Source of the DNA: Candidatus Poribacteria bacterium
Lineage (GTDB): Bacteria > Poribacteria > WGA-4E > PCPOR2b
Direction of reading: 5' to 3'
DNA length: 64,000 bases
NCBI GenBank assembly: GCA_965215015.1
Contig: OZ244042.1
Span: forward strand, 4,480,001 to 4,544,000
This document shows, piece by piece, positions 11,301-19,149 of this stretch; the first letter of the stretch is position 1, and every line of letters starts with the position of its first letter. The notes under the pieces are model-generated. The model did no database searches. It was not told the DNA's origin and was given only the letters and a program-made list of their open reading frames with translations. A program made the position numbers and the translations under genes.

Positions 11301-11743
11301 ATACAGTTTATAATTCAGTGACAGGTTCTACCTTTTTCGAGAGACCACCTCAAGGACCAGACACCACACCTACACCCCCACCAAGCCAAGATCCCAGCAA
11401 TCAAATAGACCCAGACTCTTATGACGCAGTTGCTCCCGAAGAAAGTGAGATTGATGCTGGATCATCTAATCCGCCTGATAACGAACATAATGAGGTGGGG
11501 GCAACATCGCCTCAAGACACACCATCACCACCAGCTGCAACCAAAGATGAATATAAGTGGACTGAGGCAGAACCAACGCTTGACGAAGAAGCAACGGACG
11601 AAGAAGATACACCTGAACAACAATCGCAGCCTGAAACCGATGGGCAGAAAAAACAGCCACATTCTTCTAAAGCCTTCGATGTTGCTGATGTCGATATGCG
11701 GAAGGTATTGAGTCGTGATAACACACCTAAAAAAAAGGAGTAG
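8363..11743 (+). CDS. Tubulin/FtsZ-like domain protein (Tubulin_2/FtsZ-like family) with helical extension and acidic tail
   Basis: PTIFVGLGTTG, GASNIRMAGR, VLGSLCGGSCSG (variant tubulin signature), ANCHASLSEL, PFDY, SFG; AAGGAG RBS. Confidence 0.8.
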   Translation: MITPTIFVGLGTTGTDILKNLRELMAEEYGHAGLPLFRYIAIETNGDVNVQNTNQMEDYERINLIRATIPNVKPIDLRLTPGEPRYNPHLADWLDPELLKIEAGGFMAGASNIRMAGRLCLWENWANARSTFVNAIGAITAPATKRKTINILTERNKIAGHPLDDAGFIKVYVLGSLCGGSCSGMLIDVGYFFRHLLSAYGDKSRIDGIFTMFDETHAANPDDMFNIRSANCHASLSELNYYHDQETTYDITFPDGRKIENMRKKPFDYTLFVSPSGETAGNQFLTGAGDFDEDGLNLMVALNLFAESAADTADIKNAIRTNYISHANFGTRNPVRQGEIPTMIRYMASFGLTAVWYPKYRIASAAACSISDKLCENWLGSHIPQATTVRDAETEWNQILKENIDTLTSPEGQLSIRNRINTHLEDARQQWLNTEISANQLSQNMTNFPDGDSFRKKLEQGGEYVELMKMQVSECKKAFLDAIEQSLRNQLGSIDFEGTRGLEDVKIFFETLDKGIESSIQKCPDRMPPLKLDKLDFSAMERADNNLWLRLIFLRDDAVQAHRKNMVEQYCNLITAPRKGFYESVRNHFIRPILQEIRSELGFGVIPTDEGEPNRRRTIKQRLDQIEGNLSQCIQKFKTKYDKAINPPISECVKIVANNPENRIDTDAITLSHQISQSDEGIDLLGGEPMAAFLEKEQKDIIAQMTETYRQLSLDRIQVDDVVTKAQELLGSGSFDIQNLASRSNPYQMFTPTYEPFAVDDSPNIIFGNSGEALTDLNNSLSGQGFSFQVSPSSVEHLLFFYQEEAGFALDDLESHDTLAAKYSQSPGEYGHSTHKDADFYNLEFYYKKQVLQYWCLALGRIVPEIWKHINRDAFSGVFYQTQTEDIYYEYNVDGLSERLGLHNDPGGIRNLSQKRNETEYNGFMRLIRSCFADLDREQIEQRINSLLREIEDPKEHRDISKFFRQFLDDVYPENASIDYTVYNSVTGSTFFERPPQGPDTTPTPPPSQDPSNQIDPDSYDAVAPEESEIDAGSSNPPDNEHNEVGATSPQDTPSPPAATKDEYKWTEAEPTLDEEATDEEDTPEQQSQPETDGQKKQPHSSKAFDVADVDMRKVLSRDNTPKKKE

Positions 11744-11749
11744 GCGGTT

Positions 11750-14440
11750 ATGGTAGATGTGGTCTGCTCAAAATGCGATGTTGGATGGGTAATACATTCG
11801 CATGATAAATACTGCGGCTATTGTGGGTGTAAAGTCTTCGATTTTTCGGTGAAATGGGAACAAGAACCGCGGATTTATGCTGGCGACGATGCGAATATCC
11901 ATGTCTTAACCATTTTCGTAGAAAACACCGGGGCGTATCCGATTACATTCCAACCGATACGAACAGGACGAGATAATACAATTCTATTTCCACAAGGGAA
12001 CGGCAGCTCATTCACAGTTAACGCAGGTCAACGGCACCCTATCCCGATTCAGGTAAATCCCGCAAACTTAGCACAATACGCTGAGACCATCACCGTGCGA
12101 GCACAAGAGGCACCGCAGAATCTTGTCAGTGAGAAATCACTGCATCTTGAAGCCTTACCCCCTCCCGACTTTAACCTGACTCCTAATCCAGTAACGGTTC
12201 GTTATCGGAAGGGCACTGAAAGGGTTGAGGAAGAACTCTACCTTGAAGTGCAGCAGAGTCAATTTTATATCAGTGATATTACAGCCACGGGAGGATCAGT
12301 CCTTCGCGTTGCCTATTCCCAACAACTCCACCAAGAAAACAGCGCATTCAAAAAAATCCTATTGAAGATTGATTGCAACCAACTCACCGATGAACCAAAT
12401 GGGGTAAGACTCAGCTTTGAACTCTGCGGCTTATCTCAACCTATTGAAAAGCGAATTGAGATTCAAAGAGAGATAGTACCAGATCCGCCAAGACTATTCG
12501 TTCCACAAATGAATCTGGACATTACACAGGAACGTGAGAGAACACATACCCTAACGCTTCAGAACAGAGGCGAACGCACGTTGACAATCCAAAATATCGC
12601 ATTCACCGATCCTTGTAATTTAATCCAAATGTTAAATGTTGAGTGTCCAATCACGGTTGAAGGAGGCGGACAACATAATGTTGAAATGCAGTTATTGGCT
12701 GTTGATGTTGAACCCGGAGATTACCCCATCAACTTCACCATCCACTCCAATTGTGAGACTCGTCCAGAATATGAAGCGGGCCTGAATGTACAGGTTAATG
12801 CACTGGAACCATATCCGCATTATCTCGCTATAGATTTCGGCACAACGAATTCGTGTTGTGCCTACCTCGGGTCTCAAGATGTTCCACAACTTATCCAATT
12901 AGACGGTCACTCGGAAATCATACCTTCCTCAATTATCTATCACAGCCAACCCCAAAATGGGGTAGAATACACAGTTGGTTATGGAGCTGAGACTTATCGT
13001 ACCAGCGAAATTGATGGACCTTACTACATCAGTTCTGTAAAAAGGTGGTTAGGATTTAACTGGAATCGCCAATTTCCTAACAATCGGAGATTGCAACCAA
13101 GCGATGTAGTTGCTGATATACTCAAACATATCATTGAGCGCGCTGAAAAACATCTTGACACGATTTCAACAAGATCAAAAATCAAAAAATGTGTGATTGC
13201 GTATCCGACGATGTTTGATACAAGAAGACGGGAAGGCATAAAACAAGCATTAAGAAGAATAGGAATTACAGATCTTAAACTTATTGATGAGGCATCCGCG
13301 GCTTCGCTCGGAGCTATCTCTCAACAGAGGCAACAAGGTGATTATAGGTTATTGGTTTATGATTTTGGCGGCGGCACGATTGATATCGTCTTATCACACG
13401 TAACAAACCACGGACAGGAAACTACAATTGAACCCCTTGCACACGGCGGAAATCCAAGATATGGTGGTGATGATGTAACACAAGCAATTGTCGACTTTGT
13501 GTTAGATGAGTTTGAAAGACGGATTCAACAAGAAAATCCAAACCTTAGTTTTAGTATCCCTTACCTGAGTCCGAGAAAAGTATGGCAGCCTTCAGGAGAT
13601 CGGGAAAGGGATAGAGCAACACTACTTAACACGCCCTTTTTGTATAATAGAGCAGAAGAATTAAAAAAAGAACTAAGCAATCAAGATACAGCAAATCATG
13701 ATTTTCCTTTGAGCGTTGTTGTTGGAGATGATGTCCGCTCTCTTGATAATCTCACACAAGGTAACATAAACGTGAGTATTTCAAGAGAAGAATTAAATTC
13801 TCTTGTGGCTCATGAATTACGCAAAACCTTTGTTGAAATTGACACCATGATTAGTAATCATGGTGGAGCCCCGCCTGATATCGTGATACTCGCAGGGCAG
13901 TCATCAAGAATGCCTATAGTCAAAGAGATGATGGCAGCCCACTTCCAAGAGGAATATCACACAAACGTTGATATCCAACTCAGTGAGCTCCCCAAAGGAT
14001 GCGTTGTAATAGGTGCAGCGCAATACGGTATGACTTACTCAATGCCGAGTCAAGTTTGGTTTGATATTAGAAGATTTCAAAGAACACACTCCAGCATCGG
14101 TATAATGCAATTTGATGGCAGCCGACAGATTTTTACAGAAATTATTCCGAGAGGGCGACTTATACCCGACGAAAGTTTCGGTAGTATGAATTTACCGCTA
14201 CGCACGGTAGAAACTAATATTGATGTCTGTGAACGTTTTGGAGAAAATGGTGAGCTCTCACCCATTGCCGAATACACCCTAGAACTACCAGAAAATATAC
14301 CAAGAGAAGCGTTAAGAAGAGCACAATTGCAAATGTCGGTTGAAGATAGCGGTGAGATTAAAGTGGTCGCCATTGTAGATGGTGAAGAATATACATTCAC
14401 AGTAAGAAGGAGAACACCAGAGTTTGTAGATGAAATCTGA
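11750..14440 (+). CDS. Hsp70 family protein with N-terminal zinc ribbon and Ig-like domains
   Basis: CSKC and YCGYCG; Ig-like motifs VENTG and LQNRGERTLTI; Hsp70 signatures AIDFGTTNS, VYDFGGGTID, GGDD, AEELKKELS, ILAGQSSRMP. Confidence 0.9.
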   Translation: MVDVVCSKCDVGWVIHSHDKYCGYCGCKVFDFSVKWEQEPRIYAGDDANIHVLTIFVENTGAYPITFQPIRTGRDNTILFPQGNGSSFTVNAGQRHPIPIQVNPANLAQYAETITVRAQEAPQNLVSEKSLHLEALPPPDFNLTPNPVTVRYRKGTERVEEELYLEVQQSQFYISDITATGGSVLRVAYSQQLHQENSAFKKILLKIDCNQLTDEPNGVRLSFELCGLSQPIEKRIEIQREIVPDPPRLFVPQMNLDITQERERTHTLTLQNRGERTLTIQNIAFTDPCNLIQMLNVECPITVEGGGQHNVEMQLLAVDVEPGDYPINFTIHSNCETRPEYEAGLNVQVNALEPYPHYLAIDFGTTNSCCAYLGSQDVPQLIQLDGHSEIIPSSIIYHSQPQNGVEYTVGYGAETYRTSEIDGPYYISSVKRWLGFNWNRQFPNNRRLQPSDVVADILKHIIERAEKHLDTISTRSKIKKCVIAYPTMFDTRRREGIKQALRRIGITDLKLIDEASAASLGAISQQRQQGDYRLLVYDFGGGTIDIVLSHVTNHGQETTIEPLAHGGNPRYGGDDVTQAIVDFVLDEFERRIQQENPNLSFSIPYLSPRKVWQPSGDRERDRATLLNTPFLYNRAEELKKELSNQDTANHDFPLSVVVGDDVRSLDNLTQGNINVSISREELNSLVAHELRKTFVEIDTMISNHGGAPPDIVILAGQSSRMPIVKEMMAAHFQEEYHTNVDIQLSELPKGCVVIGAAQYGMTYSMPSQVWFDIRRFQRTHSSIGIMQFDGSRQIFTEIIPRGRLIPDESFGSMNLPLRTVETNIDVCERFGENGELSPIAEYTLELPENIPREALRRAQLQMSVEDSGEIKVVAIVDGEEYTFTVRRRTPEFVDEI

Positions 14441-14458
14441 ACTGAGAATGGAACACCA

Positions 14459-15718
14459 ATGCCAAAAAGCGTATGTATCATCAACCTTTCAGCACCTGAA
14501 ATTCAGATAACCGTTTTAGTTGACAATCAGCGACAAGACATCAATCTTCGACTGCCATGGGAGGTAGGGTTTCGGCAAGAAAATGATAACACACTAGTTC
14601 CCTGTTTCGGTGAGGCATTCAAACGTCTCAACTCAAACCATCCCGCAGAAGTGCGGTTTCCGGATTTAGATGTGAAATTCAAGGAAATCAGGGATGAAAA
14701 AACCTTGCAATGCTTGTTTCACGCTTTTTTTGAGGAGATTTTTCACCAGCAGTTACCCGAACATGGCTATCCGATAGATGCGATGTCTGTATATGCCATC
14801 ACACCGTATCACTGGACACCAACACATCGCCAACAACTCAGAAAGGCACTCAAGCGTGTAAAAAGTAGGGAGCAAGTTTCATTTCTCAAGCCATCAAAAG
14901 TAACACTTCGGGGCCTGTTCAGCCAAATTCTATGCCTCTCGGCATATTATCAGAAGGCATGGATGGATATACTCACAGCCCCAAACAACTGCCATCTATT
15001 TCTAATAGATTTCGCACGGGACGATCTTGTTGTCTATCAAATGATTTGTAGTCAGTTGGAAGACAATGTTAAGGTTGAGCTGACCGATATGCTGCGATTT
15101 ACCGAATACTCCTCGGAAATACAAAAAACGATTGCAGGTGTACAAAAGGCATTGCAAAAGGTTAAAGGTGAACAGCACGTTGTAGTCGGTTTTTCTGGCA
15201 GAATTGACGATGATGATAATGTTGCGTTAACTATTATTGAATCGTTGCGCGCACGGTGCAGGGCAACTTTTCTCGAGCCACAGCCAATCGCAACACTTTT
15301 GGGCGGCGCAGAATTGGTTCGGCAATTTGAGAAAAAAAATCTTGAAAGACCACTTCACTTTGTCTATCATTTCTGCTACGGTGTGCGGTTACCTGATGGA
15401 AAATGGGTTGAACTTGTCCCCAAAACATGGACACCCCCTTATCACCGCAAAAAGGCCTTTCGCGCCACAGAATCGCTTGAAAAATTCGATGTCCAGCTTT
15501 TCTGCGGTTTATCCTTGACAAATAACAGCGATGTCCATCATGTCGCGACGCTTGAGATTGACTATACGGAGAATAACAATTTTTCATCGCGCAATGCGAT
15601 GGAATTTATACTTTCAATTACCATGAACGCCTCTACACACGGCACATTTACTGTACATTTTCCGAATCCGCAGGAACCGAGATCTGTTGAATTCACAGTG
15701 CCAACTTTGATGGACTAA
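14459..15718 (+). CDS. Degenerate Hsp70/actin-fold paralog lacking ATP-binding motifs
   Basis: By-eye alignment to the upstream Hsp70: AITPYHWTPTHRQQLRKALKR, LIDFARDDL, ATLLGGA, YGVRLPDGKWVELVPK; glycine-rich loops absent. Confidence 0.6.
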   Translation: MPKSVCIINLSAPEIQITVLVDNQRQDINLRLPWEVGFRQENDNTLVPCFGEAFKRLNSNHPAEVRFPDLDVKFKEIRDEKTLQCLFHAFFEEIFHQQLPEHGYPIDAMSVYAITPYHWTPTHRQQLRKALKRVKSREQVSFLKPSKVTLRGLFSQILCLSAYYQKAWMDILTAPNNCHLFLIDFARDDLVVYQMICSQLEDNVKVELTDMLRFTEYSSEIQKTIAGVQKALQKVKGEQHVVVGFSGRIDDDDNVALTIIESLRARCRATFLEPQPIATLLGGAELVRQFEKKNLERPLHFVYHFCYGVRLPDGKWVELVPKTWTPPYHRKKAFRATESLEKFDVQLFCGLSLTNNSDVHHVATLEIDYTENNNFSSRNAMEFILSITMNASTHGTFTVHFPNPQEPRSVEFTVPTLMD

Positions 15719-15755
15719 AACCTTAATCACTTCAGATTATACAAGGGAAAACGCT

Positions 15756-16922
15756 ATGTCCTATTTTAGATTTATGTTATTACTCCTCGTATTAGTACTG
15801 TTTGGATTCGTTTCAATTGGGTATTCACAAGGTAACACAGAAAACCCATACGCTGATCCCATTTTTTGGAAATTTTTGTTATTCGTTGTGGTTGCAGGCG
15901 CGATTTCTACTGTGGTTATATTGTTCGTGTTTCAAATGGTTAAGTGGTGGAAATCAATGTGGCTAAGAACACAAGCATTTCTGACAGAAATGGATCGAGT
16001 TAAACAGGAATTGACGGTAAGATTGGACTCCATTCAAAAAATTAGTATAGATTCCGCCAACAAATTGGAAAAAATGACACATGAACAAACATCAATTCAA
16101 AATGAACAGAAAAATATCCTGAATGATATTGGGCAACTAAAAGACATTACTGTATCTAATACGGAAATTGAGGGGGGCGAGGAGCATACATCAATTGATT
16201 ATCGGAGGGCAGCGGCGAGTGAGGTCCAATCAGCGCAAGAGCAAGTATCGGAATTGGTTGAGGCTTACAAAGATGGAGAGCCAATTGGGTTCATTAACAT
16301 TAAAGATCCAACGCCGGGTCAAAAGGCGTTGATGATTTTAAATTGGATAGCGCACGCTATAGAGGACTGGGTAAATGAATTAGAACAGTCCCGAACAGCG
16401 AACCCAGACCTCATTCAAACGCTGAAATCTGCGAATCAGGCTATCAAAGAGAAACTAAAAAAGGCCCGTGGACAGAAACCACCTTCGCCAGAACCACTCG
16501 ATCTGGATACTGATGTCAGCACAGATGCAGCATATAACGAACTAAAAAATGAGTGTCTTGTGTATGTGTCGCGTTATGAAGCGATGCTTCGTAAGCATCA
16601 ACTGGAATGCAAAATAGCCGAAACAGAATATAACCAGTTCATTCCGAAATTTATCAAAGATAGGTTATTCAATGGTGTGGCGAGATTTATCAATTTTGAA
16701 CAATTGCCTGAACAAGTCGATAAATTTTTACAAATTGTGGATTATGAGGTGGTCCCGATTGAGATAGGAGAAACGAAAGCCGACGCGCGTTTGCATGACA
16801 TTCAAGCCTCACGGCGAATCGGTGTTGACCCTGGAACCATTATTGAGGTCGTTTTACCGGGATTGCGACGGAAAGCAGACGGTGAAATCGTGCAAAAACC
16901 TGTGGTGATTCGCGGAGAGTGA
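15756..16922 (+). CDS. Membrane-anchored GrpE-like protein
   Basis: Signal peptide plus TM; coiled coil; C-terminal GrpE-type head DARLHD, PGTIIEVVLPGL, IVQKPVV. Confidence 0.65.
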   Translation: MSYFRFMLLLLVLVLFGFVSIGYSQGNTENPYADPIFWKFLLFVVVAGAISTVVILFVFQMVKWWKSMWLRTQAFLTEMDRVKQELTVRLDSIQKISIDSANKLEKMTHEQTSIQNEQKNILNDIGQLKDITVSNTEIEGGEEHTSIDYRRAAASEVQSAQEQVSELVEAYKDGEPIGFINIKDPTPGQKALMILNWIAHAIEDWVNELEQSRTANPDLIQTLKSANQAIKEKLKKARGQKPPSPEPLDLDTDVSTDAAYNELKNECLVYVSRYEAMLRKHQLECKIAETEYNQFIPKFIKDRLFNGVARFINFEQLPEQVDKFLQIVDYEVVPIEIGETKADARLHDIQASRRIGVDPGTIIEVVLPGLRRKADGEIVQKPVVIRGE

Positions 16923-18165
16923 CTTGATGAAAGAAAAGGATACCCGACCCGCTAACATTCAAAGCAAAGAAACTGTCCGCCCCCAAAATCAAATTGGAAG
17001 CATATTGAACATATCTGTCATAACAGAATATGAAAATGGAGATGTTTATCTAATCTTGGACAATAGAGATGAAAAAGCAATATCAATTACCATTTCCTAT
17101 GCGGAATCTGATAAGTCAATCGCCAAACCATTGGAACACTTTGAGCTGTCCGGTGATAGTCAACGAAAAGTGTCATTACCAAAGGGATTTGAGAAATGGG
17201 AAGAGCTCAAATTTGATGTAAGGGAGGAAAATCCAATAAGGGAGAAAAATAGACAGATTCCTAATACTTCTCTAAAGAAACTCTCGGATGAAGCTAAACG
17301 GCAGACAAAGGGTGATCCGCCCCAACCTAAAACCGAACCTTCAATTTCTAAATCAGAACAAACGGACAACCCAATAAATATAATAGGCAAAGATCTAAAA
17401 CCTGACATAGAAACGATCAATCCGCCTGAGCGACGTTCAACTGATTATCAGCGCAAAGCAGAAACAACTGTTCAAGAGACACGGGAACAAATAACAGAAT
17501 TGGAGTGTACCTACAAGGACGGAGGGCCAATTGATTTCATTAACATTCAAGATCCAACGCCGGGTCAAAAGGCGTTGATGATTTTAAATTGGATAGCGCG
17601 CGCTATAGAGGACTGGGTAAATGAATTAGAACAGTCCCGAACAGCGAACCCAGACCTCATTCAAACGCTGGAATTTGCGAATCAGGATATCAAAGATAAA
17701 CTAAAAGAGATCCGTGGACCGAAATCACCTTCGCCAGAATCACTCGATCCGGATACTGATGTCAGCACAGATGCAGCATATAACGAATTCAAAAATGAGT
17801 GTCTTGTGTATGTGTCGCGTTATGAAGGGATGCTTAGCAATTATCAACTGGAGCGCAAAATAACCGAAATAGAATATAACCAGTTCATTCCGAAATTTAT
17901 CAAAGATAGGTTATTCAATGGTGTGGCGAGATTTATCAATTTTGAACAATTGCCTGAACAAGTCGATAAATTTTTACAAATTGTGGATTGTGAGGTGGTC
18001 CCGATTGAGATAGGAGAAACGAAAGCCGATGCGCGTTTGCATGACATTCAAGCCTCACAGCGAATCGGTGTTGATCCTGGAACCATTGTTGAGGTCGTTT
18101 TACCGGGATTGCGACGGAAAGCAGACGGTGAAATTGTGCAAAAACCTGTGGTGATTCGCGGAGAA
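16266..18165 (+). repeat. Near-identical ~650 bp direct repeat (16266-16919 and 17512-18165) encoding the shared GrpE-like C-terminal regions
   Basis: Long identical DNA runs in both copies, e.g. gatccaacgccgggtcaaaaggcgttgatg and gtggtgattcgcggaga. Confidence 0.9.
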
Positions 18166-18168
18166 TAG
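16924..18168 (+). CDS. Soluble GrpE-like protein, paralog of the upstream gene with an unrelated N-terminus
   Basis: C-terminal ~215 aa nearly identical to 15756..16922; no TM; start may be ATG 16927. Confidence 0.65.
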   Translation: MMKEKDTRPANIQSKETVRPQNQIGSILNISVITEYENGDVYLILDNRDEKAISITISYAESDKSIAKPLEHFELSGDSQRKVSLPKGFEKWEELKFDVREENPIREKNRQIPNTSLKKLSDEAKRQTKGDPPQPKTEPSISKSEQTDNPINIIGKDLKPDIETINPPERRSTDYQRKAETTVQETREQITELECTYKDGGPIDFINIQDPTPGQKALMILNWIARAIEDWVNELEQSRTANPDLIQTLEFANQDIKDKLKEIRGPKSPSPESLDPDTDVSTDAAYNEFKNECLVYVSRYEGMLSNYQLERKITEIEYNQFIPKFIKDRLFNGVARFINFEQLPEQVDKFLQIVDCEVVPIEIGETKADARLHDIQASQRIGVDPGTIVEVVLPGLRRKADGEIVQKPVVIRGE

Positions 18169-18174
18169 CACACA

Positions 18175-19149
18175 ATGTCTATCAGACTCCTTATCGTTTT
18201 GCTCTTCAACGGGCTTCTTATCAATGCGGAGGCTTTTGCACAAGATGCTCTAAGCTTTGTCCAGATTGTAGATGGAATGATTCAGCGGCGTCCGCCCAAT
18301 ACTCGGCAGACAATTGGAAGGCGATATGTGTGGAATTTTCGCGGAAGACCCTACACCATCCTAATGACAATTGGCTTGGAGCAGTATAATTCTTACTCCG
18401 GCAGAGAACGCTACGATATTCCCAAATTAGTGGAAGAAGGGAGAACAACAATCGGCAATCTGACGCGTGAGTTCCGACGTACCTTCCAACGAAATCAGAG
18501 CTGGACCAAACAGGACCGCGTTGATTTCGTTTTAAGCTTTGTCCAATCCCTGCCGTACACGCTTGATAACGTGACTACAGGCTATGATGAATTTCGACGA
18601 TACGCAATTGAAACTTTGATTGAAGGAGGCGGAGACTGCGAAGATACGACGATCCTTGTGGCGGCTATCCTGCGCGGGTTAGGAGAAAAGACCGCACTGA
18701 TTTTCACCCCGGGACACATCGCACTCGGTGTCAGCGGAGACTACACAGGTACATCGTTTACCTTCAACGGCACAAACTACTACTACTGCGAAACAACCGG
18801 AACCGGTTGGACTGTTGGCAGGCTGCCTGCATCTGTCGGCAATGTGGCTGCGATTGTCCCGTTAAGCCCCTCTACAATACCCACACCTGTGCAGCCTAGG
18901 CCGACACCGCAGGTGCCAGAGCTTACACCTACACCCGAACCGCCACCTATACAACCAGAGCCGCAACCCGATAACAGAGAATCTTCAGAAACAAATAGTG
19001 CAGCCGGTATGGTGATTGTTACGCTCTTTATTCTCATCGGTTTGGGGATACTGATCGCGTTTCTGGTCTATCGTTTCATCATTTCAGATAACGATGATGA
19101 CATAGAAGATGATGACACACACGAATCAACAAATCCGTTAGATTGGTAA
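18175..19149 (+). CDS. Exported, membrane-anchored transglutaminase-like (Cys protease fold) protein
   Basis: Signal peptide AFA-Q; FVQSLPY, GGGDCED, PGHIALGV, YYYCETT; Pro-rich linker; C-terminal TM and acidic tail. Confidence 0.8.
   Translation: MSIRLLIVLLFNGLLINAEAFAQDALSFVQIVDGMIQRRPPNTRQTIGRRYVWNFRGRPYTILMTIGLEQYNSYSGRERYDIPKLVEEGRTTIGNLTREFRRTFQRNQSWTKQDRVDFVLSFVQSLPYTLDNVTTGYDEFRRYAIETLIEGGGDCEDTTILVAAILRGLGEKTALIFTPGHIALGVSGDYTGTSFTFNGTNYYYCETTGTGWTVGRLPASVGNVAAIVPLSPSTIPTPVQPRPTPQVPELTPTPEPPPIQPEPQPDNRESSETNSAAGMVIVTLFILIGLGILIAFLVYRFIISDNDDDIEDDDTHESTNPLDW

Noticed and set aside
11750-18168. Housekeeping dnaK-grpE operon
   Set aside because: Fused extra domains, no lid, no dnaJ or hrcA, and duplicated atypical GrpE-like genes.
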